Shown: in pieces, positions 40,468 to 50,637 of the stretch
Layout of the letters: every line of letters starts with the position of its first letter
How positions within the stretch are numbered: position 1 is the stretch's first letter
NCBI GenBank assembly: GCA_964613385.1
Contig: CAZTGZ010000007.1
Span: 30,941-94,940 of the forward strand
From: an uncultured Chitinophagaceae bacterium
GTDB taxonomy: Bacteria; Bacteroidota; Bacteroidia; NS11-12g; UBA9320
Reading direction: 5' to 3'
Length of the DNA stretch: 64,000 bases
Translations under genes and position numbers: made by a program
The notes under the pieces: generated by a model
Databases searched by the model: none
Told to the model about the DNA's origin: nothing
Seen by the model: only the letters and a program-made list of their open reading frames with translations

Positions 40468-41673
40468 TTACGGGTTTTGGTTTTTTTCGACGTGGGTTGC
40501 GACAGTTTGGCAAACTACAGCAATTTGATCTGTTGTAAGTTGGGGGTAGATGGGCAGAGAAATTTCGCAGCTATATTGTTTATATGTGTTCGGATAGTCT
40601 TCGATTTTATAGCCGAGGTTCCTGAAAAGGGTTAAAAGGGGCATTGGAATGAAATGCACGTTGACAGATACTCCTTCTGAACTTATCCCTGCGATTATAT
40701 CATCACGCTGTTGTTCGCTAATGTTATGAATTCTCAGCATATATAAATGGGCAGAAGTTTCTTTATCCCTGTCTAAATCCGGAGGAAGAATCGCCCATTT
40801 CTTTTCAGAGAAAAAATCCTTATAGGCTCTGAAAATTCGCATTCTTTCGTTCAATAGTACATCATATTCTCTGATTTGTGCTAGTCCAATGGCAGCACAG
40901 ATGTCGGGCATATTATATTTAAATCCCAATTCTATAATATCATATTTCCAGCTGCCGGCTTGCGACTTGGCCAATGCGTCTTTATTTTGGCCATTGAGGG
41001 CATATCGTTTTAATTCAGGTTTCAGCTCTTTATTATTGAATGGATCCGGCAAGTTCAGACAAATTGCTCCGCCTTCGGCAGTTGTCAAATTTTTAACGGC
41101 ATGAAAGCTAAACATTACAATATCGGCCGGAGCATTGAAGTGCCGACCCTGGTATTTGGAGCCAAAACTATGTGCTGCATCACTTAAAATCAGTATCCTG
41201 CCTAAATTTGATTGTCTTTCTCCCAAGGGTACAAAAAGGTGTTGCTTTTCGATTACGGCTTGTTTCAATGATTGATAATCGGCGGGCCAACCGCCTATGT
41301 CAACTGGCATAACCACCTTGGTTCTCGGGGTGATGGCATTTTTCATTAAGTCGATATTCATGGTAAAATCGTCTTTAATGTCCACCATAACAGGAGTCGC
41401 ACCGCAATGCAATACGGCCAATGCCGTTGCGGAATACGTGTATGCCGGCACAATGACTTCATCGCCGGGCCCAACACCAAACCATTTGAGCATTAAAATA
41501 GCACCGGAAGTCCAGCTATTTACACAAATACATGCCGGGGCTTCGGTATAAGCCTCAACTGCTTCTTCCAATGCTTTTACTTTTGGCCCACTCGTGATCC
41601 ATCCGGAACGCAAGCAGTCCATGACCTCTGCTTCTACGGCCTGGTCAATATAAGGAGGTGAAAATGGTATCAT
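40468..41673 (-). CDS. DegT/DnrJ/EryC1/StrS sugar aminotransferase (WcfR-like)
   Basis: IPFSPP, SGWITSGPKV, VNSWTSG, DAAHSFG, FSFHAVKNLTTAEGG, VHFIP. Confidence 0.92.
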   Translation of the reverse strand: MIPFSPPYIDQAVEAEVMDCLRSGWITSGPKVKALEEAVEAYTEAPACICVNSWTSGAILMLKWFGVGPGDEVIVPAYTYSATALAVLHCGATPVMVDIKDDFTMNIDLMKNAITPRTKVVMPVDIGGWPADYQSLKQAVIEKQHLFVPLGERQSNLGRILILSDAAHSFGSKYQGRHFNAPADIVMFSFHAVKNLTTAEGGAICLNLPDPFNNKELKPELKRYALNGQNKDALAKSQAGSWKYDIIELGFKYNMPDICAAIGLAQIREYDVLLNERMRIFRAYKDFFSEKKWAILPPDLDRDKETSAHLYMLRIHNISEQQRDDIIAGISSEGVSVNVHFIPMPLLTLFRNLGYKIEDYPNTYKQYSCEISLPIYPQLTTDQIAVVCQTVATHVEKNQNP

Positions 41674-41768
41674 CGTGAAGTTTTATCAGGTTAAAAGAAT
41701 TTGAAATGGTACGAACTAAATTACAGATGTGCTTCTACGAGCAATTTGTGGAAAGTGGCAGGGGCTTA

Positions 41769-42731
41769 CTATGAATTTTTATTTTGGCGATACAGCCTGA
41801 AAATCCCCAATATAAAACCGAGCCCATATCCCAGATGAATCGCCGGGTAAACTGTCGGAATACATATTTTGGAAATCAGACTTCCTTTGGATTTTAGCGT
41901 ATAAAAAAGCATCAGGCTCATATACAAGAACATTGGTATTGAGATTCTCCAATCCACCCATACCAAAGTTAAAAAGATGAGCATATATAAGACAAAAGCA
42001 GAGGGAATAATATGACGGAGACTCCTGCCGGATTTAATCTTTTTTAACACCAGAGGCTTATACAGGCCATATTCAAAATATTGGCGAAATAAACTCCGCC
42101 AGGTACTTCGAGGGAAATACCACAGTTTAATGTCTGAATTTTGGTAGATATTAAACCCGAAACTTCGAGCACGATAATGAAACTCATCGTCCTGATTTCG
42201 TTTGAGTCTGGTATCAAACAGGCCCGTGGTTTCAAAAATTTTCTTTTTCCAAGCCCCGAAAGTGACGGAATCCGTATATCCGGAATAGTTCACATCATGA
42301 ACGGAACTATCTCCCATGCCCAAAGGTGTGTTGAATACATAGGCTACGGCTTCTTGAAAAGGTGATTGGAATGCGGTTCGGGTGGGGCCACCAACTATAT
42401 CGGCATCGGTATTTTCAAAAGTCTGAATGATTTTTTCAAAATAATCACCTGAATATTTGCTGTGTGCATCCAGACGAACAATCACATCTCCGCTGCACAT
42501 TTCGATGGCTTTATTCAATCCAAAGGCAACCTTTCTTTCGGGATTTTCGCAGATTTTCAATATGGGAATTTCTTGAAGGAAAGGGGCAGCCAACTTCAAG
42601 GTCAGATCGTCAGACATCCCATCCATGATGATAATCTCATGGAGTTGATGCTGACTTTGTTTTAGAAAATTCAACAAGGAAACGATATACTTTTCCTCAT
42701 TATAGCAAGGAATGATGACGGATAATTTCAT
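41769..42731 (-). CDS. Glycosyltransferase family 2 (ExoA-like)
   Basis: IIPCYNEE, DGMSDD, RLDAH, RNQDDEFHYR, C-terminal TM helices. Confidence 0.88.
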   Translation of the reverse strand: MKLSVIIPCYNEEKYIVSLLNFLKQSQHQLHEIIIMDGMSDDLTLKLAAPFLQEIPILKICENPERKVAFGLNKAIEMCSGDVIVRLDAHSKYSGDYFEKIIQTFENTDADIVGGPTRTAFQSPFQEAVAYVFNTPLGMGDSSVHDVNYSGYTDSVTFGAWKKKIFETTGLFDTRLKRNQDDEFHYRARSFGFNIYQNSDIKLWYFPRSTWRSLFRQYFEYGLYKPLVLKKIKSGRSLRHIIPSAFVLYMLIFLTLVWVDWRISIPMFLYMSLMLFYTLKSKGSLISKICIPTVYPAIHLGYGLGFILGIFRLYRQNKNS

Positions 42732-43387
42732 GTTAGTAGGAGGGACATTCCAATGCTGCCGTCATGCGCTCCATCCTGATAGAAGCCACAGGATTTATAA
42801 GCGGCAATTGCCTGAGCGTTTTCGGCTCTTACAGTCAACCTTATTTTGTGGATGTTTTTTTGTTCGCTCAAGGAAATTAAATGTTTCAATAATGCCTTGC
42901 CATAACCTTTATTTTGATGACCGGAATGCACGCCAATGGCTACGAGGCTCATATAAGGAACAAAATCTGAATCAGACTCAGACATTACAGCTTCCTGCTT
43001 CTTATGAAATACTTTATTCTTAACATTGAATAGTAAGTTCCTAATAATCAAAGAAGCGTGTTGCATTATTTTCCTGTCAAACAACCTCAAGGGGTTTCTT
43101 AAAACAGCTTTGATGGCCTCATTCGCCGTGAATCTAATGATAGAACTGGTGGAACCTGCCAAACCGGGGCGATCATAAATCATGATCCCATAAAATCCTG
43201 CAATCTCACCGTTGGTTTGCAGGTGAAAAAGTGAGTCCGGTCTCGTCAAAAACCAATTGAGCATTTGCTTACAATAGCGTTTTCCAAATCTGACATAAAG
43301 TGAATCCGGAAAAGCATCCTGATAAATTCGCGCAAGCTCTTCAAGATGTTGAGCATTGGATGGAATAATCTGATAGTCAGCTTTCAT
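42728..43387 (-). CDS. GNAT-family N-acetyltransferase
   Basis: LVAIGVHSGHQNKGYG acetyl-CoA motif and NAQAIAAYKSCGF. Confidence 0.82.
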   Translation of the reverse strand: MKADYQIIPSNAQHLEELARIYQDAFPDSLYVRFGKRYCKQMLNWFLTRPDSLFHLQTNGEIAGFYGIMIYDRPGLAGSTSSIIRFTANEAIKAVLRNPLRLFDRKIMQHASLIIRNLLFNVKNKVFHKKQEAVMSESDSDFVPYMSLVAIGVHSGHQNKGYGKALLKHLISLSEQKNIHKIRLTVRAENAQAIAAYKSCGFYQDGAHDGSIGMSLLLT

Positions 43388-44358
43388 TTTCCCACTCGTT
43401 GATAAATTTCCGCAATTTTCAGTGATATTTTATGTTCATCCAGATGCTCAACTAGCGATTTTGACTCATAATTTTCCCGGATTTGATCCAAAGTTGTTAT
43501 AATGGCATCGGCAATGGTATTAGGGTTTGTGTCCTTCAACAGCGTTGATCCTTTCAGGTTGGTCAGAAAATCGGGAACATCCCCGACCCTGGTGCTGATT
43601 ATTCGGGTATTTAATGCAAGGGCTTCCTTAATTACATTGGGAGATCCTTCGTGGCTGGATGTAAACAAAACAATATCTGCGGCTTTAATCCAAAGCAGCA
43701 TGGTTTTATGGTCAAAATTAAGTGCGTGATGAAATTGTAATTCGGGTACACTTTTTTTGGCCTGAAGCACACCTTCCAGCGCAATTCCGTACCTTTTTAC
43801 AGCTCTGGAAGGATGAGCAGGAAAGAAGATCATTTTTTGATTAACATCCATGTTTAATTGTCTTCTTGCTTCTTCTTTTGAAATTTTGGGTAATGTATCA
43901 AAGTTAAGTCCGGATGGAATGATATGAACCGGTTTCCTTGTGCGCAGAAGACTTTTGAGTTTTTCAGAAACTACAATGATTTCCGCTGCTTTTAACGACA
44001 TCAGTTTTGACATCAAAACAAGTATCTTACCTTTCAAACTATACGTAAAATTGGCGTTGGGAATACCTTGTAAATCACTACCTCTATAGGTAATAATTAA
44101 TGGCTTTCCCGACAAAATAGAGGGTATTGCTCCCTGTCCCCATTGGGCATGAATGATATCAATCTTTTGTGTTTTCAGGTATGATTTTAATTTAAAAGCT
44201 GTTATGAGATAATTGATTGGATTTGAACTTCCCCTGAAATGAAACACCTTCATGTCAAACCCTAAATTGCGCATGGATTCAACTTGTTTAACCAAAAACG
44301 GCACCGCATTGGGATGTTGCTGGTCAGGCCATTCCGGAGTCAGGATTAATATGATCAT
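43384..44358 (-). CDS. Glycosyltransferase family 4
   Basis: DIIHAQW, VKRY, SSHEGSPNVIKEALA, STRVGDV. Confidence 0.85.
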   Translation of the reverse strand: MIILILTPEWPDQQHPNAVPFLVKQVESMRNLGFDMKVFHFRGSSNPINYLITAFKLKSYLKTQKIDIIHAQWGQGAIPSILSGKPLIITYRGSDLQGIPNANFTYSLKGKILVLMSKLMSLKAAEIIVVSEKLKSLLRTRKPVHIIPSGLNFDTLPKISKEEARRQLNMDVNQKMIFFPAHPSRAVKRYGIALEGVLQAKKSVPELQFHHALNFDHKTMLLWIKAADIVLFTSSHEGSPNVIKEALALNTRIISTRVGDVPDFLTNLKGSTLLKDTNPNTIADAIITTLDQIRENYESKSLVEHLDEHKISLKIAEIYQRVGK

Positions 44359-45719
44359 ACGGCCGGATCAGGCTTGGTATTCAAAGGTTTATTCTGCATT
44401 TCAAGGGCAACTAAAATGAGCAAAATGGGTGTAACAAACGTCCTCATGGCGGCATGCAATGTAGATAATAAGGCAATCAGGAGCAGAGAAGCTTTCAGCG
44501 CTTTGACCATCCCAAATGCATGGCGATATCGCTCTATGCAAAATATAGCAATGAGCAGCATGATTAAAATACCGAATAAACCTTGTTCGGCTAATAATCT
44601 TGTAATTTCTGTATGCGAACTCAGACCCTTATATTGAATTCGTTTGAATTTAGCATTACCGATTCCAAGGCCTAAAATTGGGTTATCTAAAAATAGATCG
44701 AATTCTTCTTCAATCAGACCAAAGCGGTTTGAGGTGAGCGTGTTCACATCCTTTTCTCGGAACCCCTCTACGGTCGCATACGTTTCGCCCTGGTATCTCA
44801 GCAACAGATTACCACCTGTAATTTCGTTGGCAGCCAGTGCAGCCAGCACCATAAATCCCAAAATTAATAATGCCGGGAGCCATCTGGCTTTGCTCTTCTG
44901 AACTGCCATCATAAAAAACGTAGATATAACAATAGCCATAATACCGGCAATGATGCCACCTCTTGAAAACGTGATTAAACCCTGAAACAACATTAAAATG
45001 AGAATGGCTATGTCCAACAATCTGTAACCACTCAACATTTCTCCGGAAATAAGAAAGAAGAAGATGATAAATGCTCCCAATCCCATGACAGTGCTCACCT
45101 GATTTGAGCCAAAACCTCCTGAAGTTTCAAAGTTTGCGCCCAGTTGAAAATCAATTTCGGAGTAACTGGGTGTTTGAATGAAAATGTTCACCAAAACCAT
45201 GAATATCGGTAAAAAAAGTAACCTCAACAGGTGAAAAATCTGATCGTATGAAATTCTGTATTTATAAAATGATGCAATTCCCAGCGCCAAAGAAGTTGGT
45301 CCCAATGCGTTGAATACTAACGACTTGTAGTCAAGTCCTTCTATCCACCACAAAACAATACCGGGGACAATGGCCAACAATATCAGGAATCCTAATGTAC
45401 GCATTTTGCCTGTGGAAATGACCAGCAAGAGCAAAATGAAGTTCAAAAAGTACTTACTGTTCTCATAGGGGATGAAAGGAGAAGTACCGGACATTCTACA
45501 TATGATTTCCATTGCACCAAAATACACACATAGCTCTAAAACAAAATTTCGAAAATTCTTTTGAGATGAACCTGTATAGCGCAACCAACTGTACAAGAAG
45601 AATCCAATATACCAGCTGATGAGTAGATAAGGTGTGAATATAGAAATCATACTAAGAAGACCATGAAACAACATGATTCTCTTGAAATTGAATGCTGATT
45701 TTGGAAATAAGTACAACAA
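44355..45719 (-). CDS. O-antigen polymerase/ligase (Wzy_C) family membrane protein
   Basis: About 12 TM helices, GGFGSNQVS, TFSRGG, periplasmic loop with PILGLGIG and SHTEITRLLAEQG. Confidence 0.82.
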   Translation of the reverse strand: MLYLFPKSAFNFKRIMLFHGLLSMISIFTPYLLISWYIGFFLYSWLRYTGSSQKNFRNFVLELCVYFGAMEIICRMSGTSPFIPYENSKYFLNFILLLLVISTGKMRTLGFLILLAIVPGIVLWWIEGLDYKSLVFNALGPTSLALGIASFYKYRISYDQIFHLLRLLFLPIFMVLVNIFIQTPSYSEIDFQLGANFETSGGFGSNQVSTVMGLGAFIIFFFLISGEMLSGYRLLDIAILILMLFQGLITFSRGGIIAGIMAIVISTFFMMAVQKSKARWLPALLILGFMVLAALAANEITGGNLLLRYQGETYATVEGFREKDVNTLTSNRFGLIEEEFDLFLDNPILGLGIGNAKFKRIQYKGLSSHTEITRLLAEQGLFGILIMLLIAIFCIERYRHAFGMVKALKASLLLIALLSTLHAAMRTFVTPILLILVALEMQNKPLNTKPDPAV

Positions 45720-45720
45720 C

Positions 45721-46839
45721 TCAGCTAAAAATCTTGGTCTTTAACGAATGGAAATAATGTGAAAAAGTGAATAAGGGTGCCAGTTTTAAAATTTGCCGGG
45801 ATTTGGTCAGTAAAGTTTCCTCATTTTCATGTAAAGCCTTGTTGAGTATTTCGGCATAGGATTCACGAGATTTCCATAAAAACCCGTTTGAATCGTTTAT
45901 ATAATGCGGAATACTTGAAACTGAAGAAACGATTGGGATGGCGCCATAACAGGCTCCTTCGGCTACTACTTTTGGAAAACCCTCTGATTCAGAAGGCAAG
46001 AGTAAAAAATGACTTATAGCGAGGAGGGGGTGGATTTTTTGTCTGGGCAAATAGCCATGAAAAATACATGGAATTTTGCTGTCCTTGCTCATTTCTTCAT
46101 ATTTCTTTCTGTCCGGGCTATCACCAATAAAATGGATGCTCTCGATAAAACTTCGATCAAGATCCGGAATAGCTTCGAGTATGGTATCGACCCCTTTGGA
46201 ACGATCCAATCTACCGACAAAAATCAACGTATAAGGGGCAGAAAATTGTTTATTCGATCCGACAGTTTCGCCCTCACTTATTTCTTCATCAGTTAAACAA
46301 GGATTTTCGAATGAATAGCAATGTTTGGGTTGATCGGGCCACATTCCATTTAAGGTAACCCTGCATTTTGTAAGATTGCGGGAAAGCCACCATTGTTGAA
46401 AAGCATATCCCAATGGCGGATTCGGTTCTTTCCAGTTTCCGGCATATTTTACCCAAAAGGTATAAGGTCTTTTTTTAATACTGAACCAGGGTAACAGAAT
46501 ATTTGCCATACCTGTTGGAACTCTCAATTGAACATGTGTGGCTGTTTTGGTTTCCTTTTTAATGGGTTCCAGGATTTTCGGAATTTTTAAGAATACAGCC
46601 AGCTTTGACCATATGTCTGCTCCTCCAAATGGCGGAATCGGTACGAATCTTACGTTAGGGGCGGTATATGGTAAGCCACCACCAACACTAATTTCACTTT
46701 TATAGAAGCAGGCGATGTGCACCACTTCTTTCCAATTTTTTGAAATCTGATTAATTTCTTCGACGGTTGGTCCCCAGCCGGTAATTTGGTCACCTACCTG
46801 ATAGTGAGGTGTATGAGAGATAATTACGAGTTTATCCAT
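45721..46839 (-). CDS. Glycosyltransferase family 4
   Basis: FVGRLDRSKG and SESEGFPKVVAEG. Confidence 0.85.
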   Translation of the reverse strand: MDKLVIISHTPHYQVGDQITGWGPTVEEINQISKNWKEVVHIACFYKSEISVGGGLPYTAPNVRFVPIPPFGGADIWSKLAVFLKIPKILEPIKKETKTATHVQLRVPTGMANILLPWFSIKKRPYTFWVKYAGNWKEPNPPLGYAFQQWWLSRNLTKCRVTLNGMWPDQPKHCYSFENPCLTDEEISEGETVGSNKQFSAPYTLIFVGRLDRSKGVDTILEAIPDLDRSFIESIHFIGDSPDRKKYEEMSKDSKIPCIFHGYLPRQKIHPLLAISHFLLLPSESEGFPKVVAEGACYGAIPIVSSVSSIPHYINDSNGFLWKSRESYAEILNKALHENEETLLTKSRQILKLAPLFTFSHYFHSLKTKIFS

Positions 46840-46841
46840 AG

Positions 46842-47897
46842 TTAACCTTTGGTTCCGATTCTGAATTTAAGGTGATTGTTCCAAACCAGATTGAGATGTT
46901 TCCTGTATTCTTGCTGCAAGGCTCTTTGATATTGGTGTGTACTTAATATTCCTCTTTTCCAGGCCGAATAATTTTCTGTGGTGGAATTCTCAGGATTGGG
47001 ATGATATAAAGGGCTCACCTCCAGAATTATAGGTGCAGAATTTGTGTCATCATGCTCCCAGCAAACATCATAAGCTGCGGAAGTGAGACCCAGATTTTGA
47101 GTATACTTAACCATGGTCTCCTTCCATTGATCAGGGAATGTATTAAATGTAACTCCGGAGCCATAAACTGTTGAAGTAGGCCGCCATTCCGGCGCGAGAT
47201 TCCTGCGTGTATAGCTTGATACTACTTCGTTGCCAACCACAATCACCCGGATATCCATTTTCATAGGAACGATGCTTTGAACAATGATCTCCGGATTTTT
47301 TTCCAGGGCCCGACGGATTTTTTTGGAACTTGAAAATTCCATTTGGGCGTGAATGAGATGCAGCCCTCTGGATCCATAAGAATGAGGTTCTTTTAAGATG
47401 CAGGGATATTCCAGATCTTTTGAGACTTGGTCAATTTTGTTGCTTTCAATGATGGTTGTTTTTGGAAAAGGGATATCAAGAGCTGAAAATTGCCGGTACA
47501 TGTAAATTTTATTCTCCCAATATTTCAACTCTTTTGACTCGGGAAACACAAAATTGCCCTGATTTTCCAGCCGTTTAGCAAGATTGAAGATATGAACAGC
47601 GTAATTGTCAAACCGATATGGATCCAGTTTGAAATGAGGCATGAGCAGAACCGTTTTATGACGGATTTTACCAACACTCTTTCTTTTCCATACAATAGAA
47701 TAGGGGATATTGGAGGCTTGCATTTGTTCCACCAACGGAATAATTCTCAGGAATAAGTCCCCGAGATAATTATTCAGGAAAAGAGTCCTTTCCCAGTAAA
47801 TGATGACGTTAGCATTTCTTTTTGAATGCAAGAGACATTTCAATAAGTCCGGAAGCCTGAGACAAAAAATAATTGCGTATTTAAGTAAGGATTTCAT
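46842..47897 (-). CDS. RimK-type ATP-grasp ligase
   Basis: FPKTTII, ILKEPHSYGSRG, IVQSIV...DIRVIVVG, AAYDV, ILEVS. Confidence 0.82.
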   Translation of the reverse strand: MKSLLKYAIIFCLRLPDLLKCLLHSKRNANVIIYWERTLFLNNYLGDLFLRIIPLVEQMQASNIPYSIVWKRKSVGKIRHKTVLLMPHFKLDPYRFDNYAVHIFNLAKRLENQGNFVFPESKELKYWENKIYMYRQFSALDIPFPKTTIIESNKIDQVSKDLEYPCILKEPHSYGSRGLHLIHAQMEFSSSKKIRRALEKNPEIIVQSIVPMKMDIRVIVVGNEVVSSYTRRNLAPEWRPTSTVYGSGVTFNTFPDQWKETMVKYTQNLGLTSAAYDVCWEHDDTNSAPIILEVSPLYHPNPENSTTENYSAWKRGILSTHQYQRALQQEYRKHLNLVWNNHLKFRIGTKG

Positions 47898-48408
47898 TAT
47901 GTAAGGATTCTAGAAATTTCCAGTCAAAGACTTGTACATTAGGTAGTTGAGTTACTTTATTTCTGAAATCGACATTGATTTTTACATCTTCCAGCGTTCC
48001 ATATGAAAAATCTTCATATATGATGATTTTATTATAGCGATTAGATATCTGATATATATAGAACCATTTGTCCTCCATTCTTCGCACCAGAAAAAATTGT
48101 ATCAACATACCACGGAAATTTTCGCGCAACCATTTAATGGTAGTTCTCCACAATAGGAAAGATCTGGCACTTATAAAAAATACATCCGACTGATTATCGG
48201 CTTCCAGAACTATATTTCTCATCGTAGCATTGATGGGGAATTTTCCATGTTTGATGCCGTTTTTCTGATATAATCTGGAGTGAGTCAGGGTATTGTCAAT
48301 ATCAAATATGGTTGCGACATCTCCCTTATTCTTAAGTGTTAGCAGGAAAAGAGTCTGATGGTAGGTTTTTACCAACAACCAGATAACATTTAAAATGAAA
48401 TATTTCAA
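47881..48408 (-). CDS. HAD-superfamily phosphatase
   Basis: Motif I FDIDNTL, motif II FFISAR, acidic motif IV YEDF. Confidence 0.72.
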   Translation of the reverse strand: MKYFILNVIWLLVKTYHQTLFLLTLKNKGDVATIFDIDNTLTHSRLYQKNGIKHGKFPINATMRNIVLEADNQSDVFFISARSFLLWRTTIKWLRENFRGMLIQFFLVRRMEDKWFYIYQISNRYNKIIIYEDFSYGTLEDVKINVDFRNKVTQLPNVQVFDWKFLESLHNEILT

Positions 48409-49550
48409 TGAGACAAGACTTTTTGCAAAGCCCGAATGATGAGCTCGTTTTCAACTTCGCTTCTACAGGCAATTCTCAGAAATTCGCCGGATAGCCCAAT
48501 TTTGTCGTAGCAGGTTCGAACATATACTCCGTGGTGAAACAACAACTCGAAAAATATGTCGTCTGCTGTTTTTCCATTCAATATTTCAACCAGAAAAAAG
48601 TTAGCATTACCTGGATATACTTTAATTCCTTCCAATTGACTTAATTCTGTACTGAATTTCTGCAATTCGTTGTTGTATCGAAGTCTCTCCTTGCGGTACA
48701 ATTTCTGAAATTCCGGATTCAGGTATAAATCGAAAAAGTACTCTCCAAAGCCATTAATATTCCAAAGGAAATTTTTGGGATTTATGAGTTCAATATTTTT
48801 TTCAGAAGAAATCAGATATCCTGCTCTGATACCGGCAATCCCGAAATCCTTGGACATGCTTTTCACGATGACCAAATTGGGAAAGTCATGTATCAGTTTA
48901 TAATAGATATTTTGATCAAGTTCGTCATCTTTTAACGCGAAATGAGAGAAACTTTCATCCAGAATTATGGTGTCGAGATGGGTTAATTGTGAAATCAAAC
49001 TGATAAGATCCGTATATGGAAGGAAGGTACCATTGGGATTGTTCGGACTGATGAGACAGAGATGATTCGCATGACTATTTTGAACTGCTTCTAATATCGA
49101 ATTCGTATTGAAAAGGTAATTTTCTTCCTTATTCAGGTTTAAATGGGACACTTTTATTTCTGAAGAAGCAAATTCGTAATAAGGGCTAAAAGTCGGGATT
49201 GGCAGTAGGAGCGTTCCTTTGGTGATCAGGTTGTCAAAAATTGCTTTTATGCCTTCAGTAGCTCCGTTGCATACAAAAACATTGTTTTCCGTTACACCGG
49301 CAAATTTGGCAATTTGTATGGCCAGCGTCTGATTTTGACTGGGGTAAAATTCGAGAATGTCGCGTATTTTCTTCTTGTTGAGGGTTAAGTCCCTATCCAA
49401 TTCACTTAAAAAAAGTTCCGTGGCATATGGATTTGACAAAAAGCAGGCGTCAACTTCGATTTGCAAATCCGGGAAGTTGCGCTTCAGTTCAAATAGACTC
49501 GGAGAATGGGAGCCCGTTTTTTGCTTTAATTCTCTATATAATTCTATCAT
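48405..49550 (-). CDS. PLP-dependent class I/II enzyme (HisC/CobD-like aminotransferase or phospho-amino-acid decarboxylase)
   Basis: CNGATE, PTFSPY, SPNNPNG, LDESF, KSMSKDFGIAGIRAGY, ANFFLV, LRIACR. Confidence 0.88.
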   Translation of the reverse strand: MIELYRELKQKTGSHSPSLFELKRNFPDLQIEVDACFLSNPYATELFLSELDRDLTLNKKKIRDILEFYPSQNQTLAIQIAKFAGVTENNVFVCNGATEGIKAIFDNLITKGTLLLPIPTFSPYYEFASSEIKVSHLNLNKEENYLFNTNSILEAVQNSHANHLCLISPNNPNGTFLPYTDLISLISQLTHLDTIILDESFSHFALKDDELDQNIYYKLIHDFPNLVIVKSMSKDFGIAGIRAGYLISSEKNIELINPKNFLWNINGFGEYFFDLYLNPEFQKLYRKERLRYNNELQKFSTELSQLEGIKVYPGNANFFLVEILNGKTADDIFFELLFHHGVYVRTCYDKIGLSGEFLRIACRSEVENELIIRALQKVLSH

Positions 49551-50637
49551 AATCTAAAATAATATTAGACCAATGGTGTTTCTTAGCCCAGGTAATGGCG
49601 TTTTCCGGTTTAAAATATTCTGTATTGAGGGCCTTTTTCAGTGCATCTCTAATCTCGTTTGCGTTATTGCCATCGACCAGAAAGCCGCTCTTTCCGTCGT
49701 CCACTGCATCTTCGATACCGCAACCCCGTGCTCCAATCACAGGGAGTCCCAGAAAATTGGCTTCCAAAGCCACAATTCCGAATCCCTCAACGTCCCCATC
49801 GCTTTGGTTTTCACTAAGTAAGATGAAAACATCGGCATTTCGGTATTCAAATTTCAAATCTTCATGTTTTTCAACTAAACCTGTGAATTTGATATGTTTT
49901 TCAACGTTTAGCTTCTTCGCCAGAACTTTTAATTCACGCTGTAAAGTGGGCAAGCCTACAATGTTGTACTTAAGATTTGGGAATTTCAGAATGAGATGCG
50001 GTAATGCCTTAATTACGCGATGTTGTCCTTTTCTGCGGGTCATGTTCCCAACCGTTAGCAAAACGGGGAATTCCTCTGTAGTTCTTTTCGTTTTTGTCTC
50101 CGGATTCCAGTTGTCCGTGAAGTTTATCCCATTTGGGATTATTTGGCAATGTACAGATACCAGCTTTAGTACATTTTCTTTTGCGAATCGAGAAACGCAG
50201 ACCACATTATGTACTTTCTTAAGGCGTCGTTTTATCCATTGCTTAAAGATAACTCTACCTCTTAAAGGTTCATAACCATGGATAATGGTTGTTGTTTTAA
50301 ATGACTTAAGATTTAAAACAAAGCCTCCTAAGATTATCTCATTTCTACCGGATAATACCAAAGAATCGAAATGCAGTGTATTTAAATAAAATAGTATTTC
50401 AAAGAATCGAATAAATGGGATCCGGAATCGGATTCTGACAATTCGGAATTTACAATCTTGATTAAACTTTTGGATAGTACCATGATCTGCATAATCCTGT
50501 CGGCATAACACGGTAACATCATACCCGATTTTTTGAAGATTATCGGCAAGACTCCAGGCATGCATACCAATTCCTCCTGGTCCCGGTGGGAACTCAGGCG
50601 TGAAAATCAGAACTTTTTTTGACCGGGTACTGTTCAC
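49534..50637 (-). CDS. Glycosyltransferase family 4
   Basis: EFPPGPGGI, VGNMTRRKG, EGFGIVALEAN. Confidence 0.88.
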   Translation of the reverse strand: MNSTRSKKVLIFTPEFPPGPGGIGMHAWSLADNLQKIGYDVTVLCRQDYADHGTIQKFNQDCKFRIVRIRFRIPFIRFFEILFYLNTLHFDSLVLSGRNEIILGGFVLNLKSFKTTTIIHGYEPLRGRVIFKQWIKRRLKKVHNVVCVSRFAKENVLKLVSVHCQIIPNGINFTDNWNPETKTKRTTEEFPVLLTVGNMTRRKGQHRVIKALPHLILKFPNLKYNIVGLPTLQRELKVLAKKLNVEKHIKFTGLVEKHEDLKFEYRNADVFILLSENQSDGDVEGFGIVALEANFLGLPVIGARGCGIEDAVDDGKSGFLVDGNNANEIRDALKKALNTEYFKPENAITWAKKHHWSNIILDYDRII

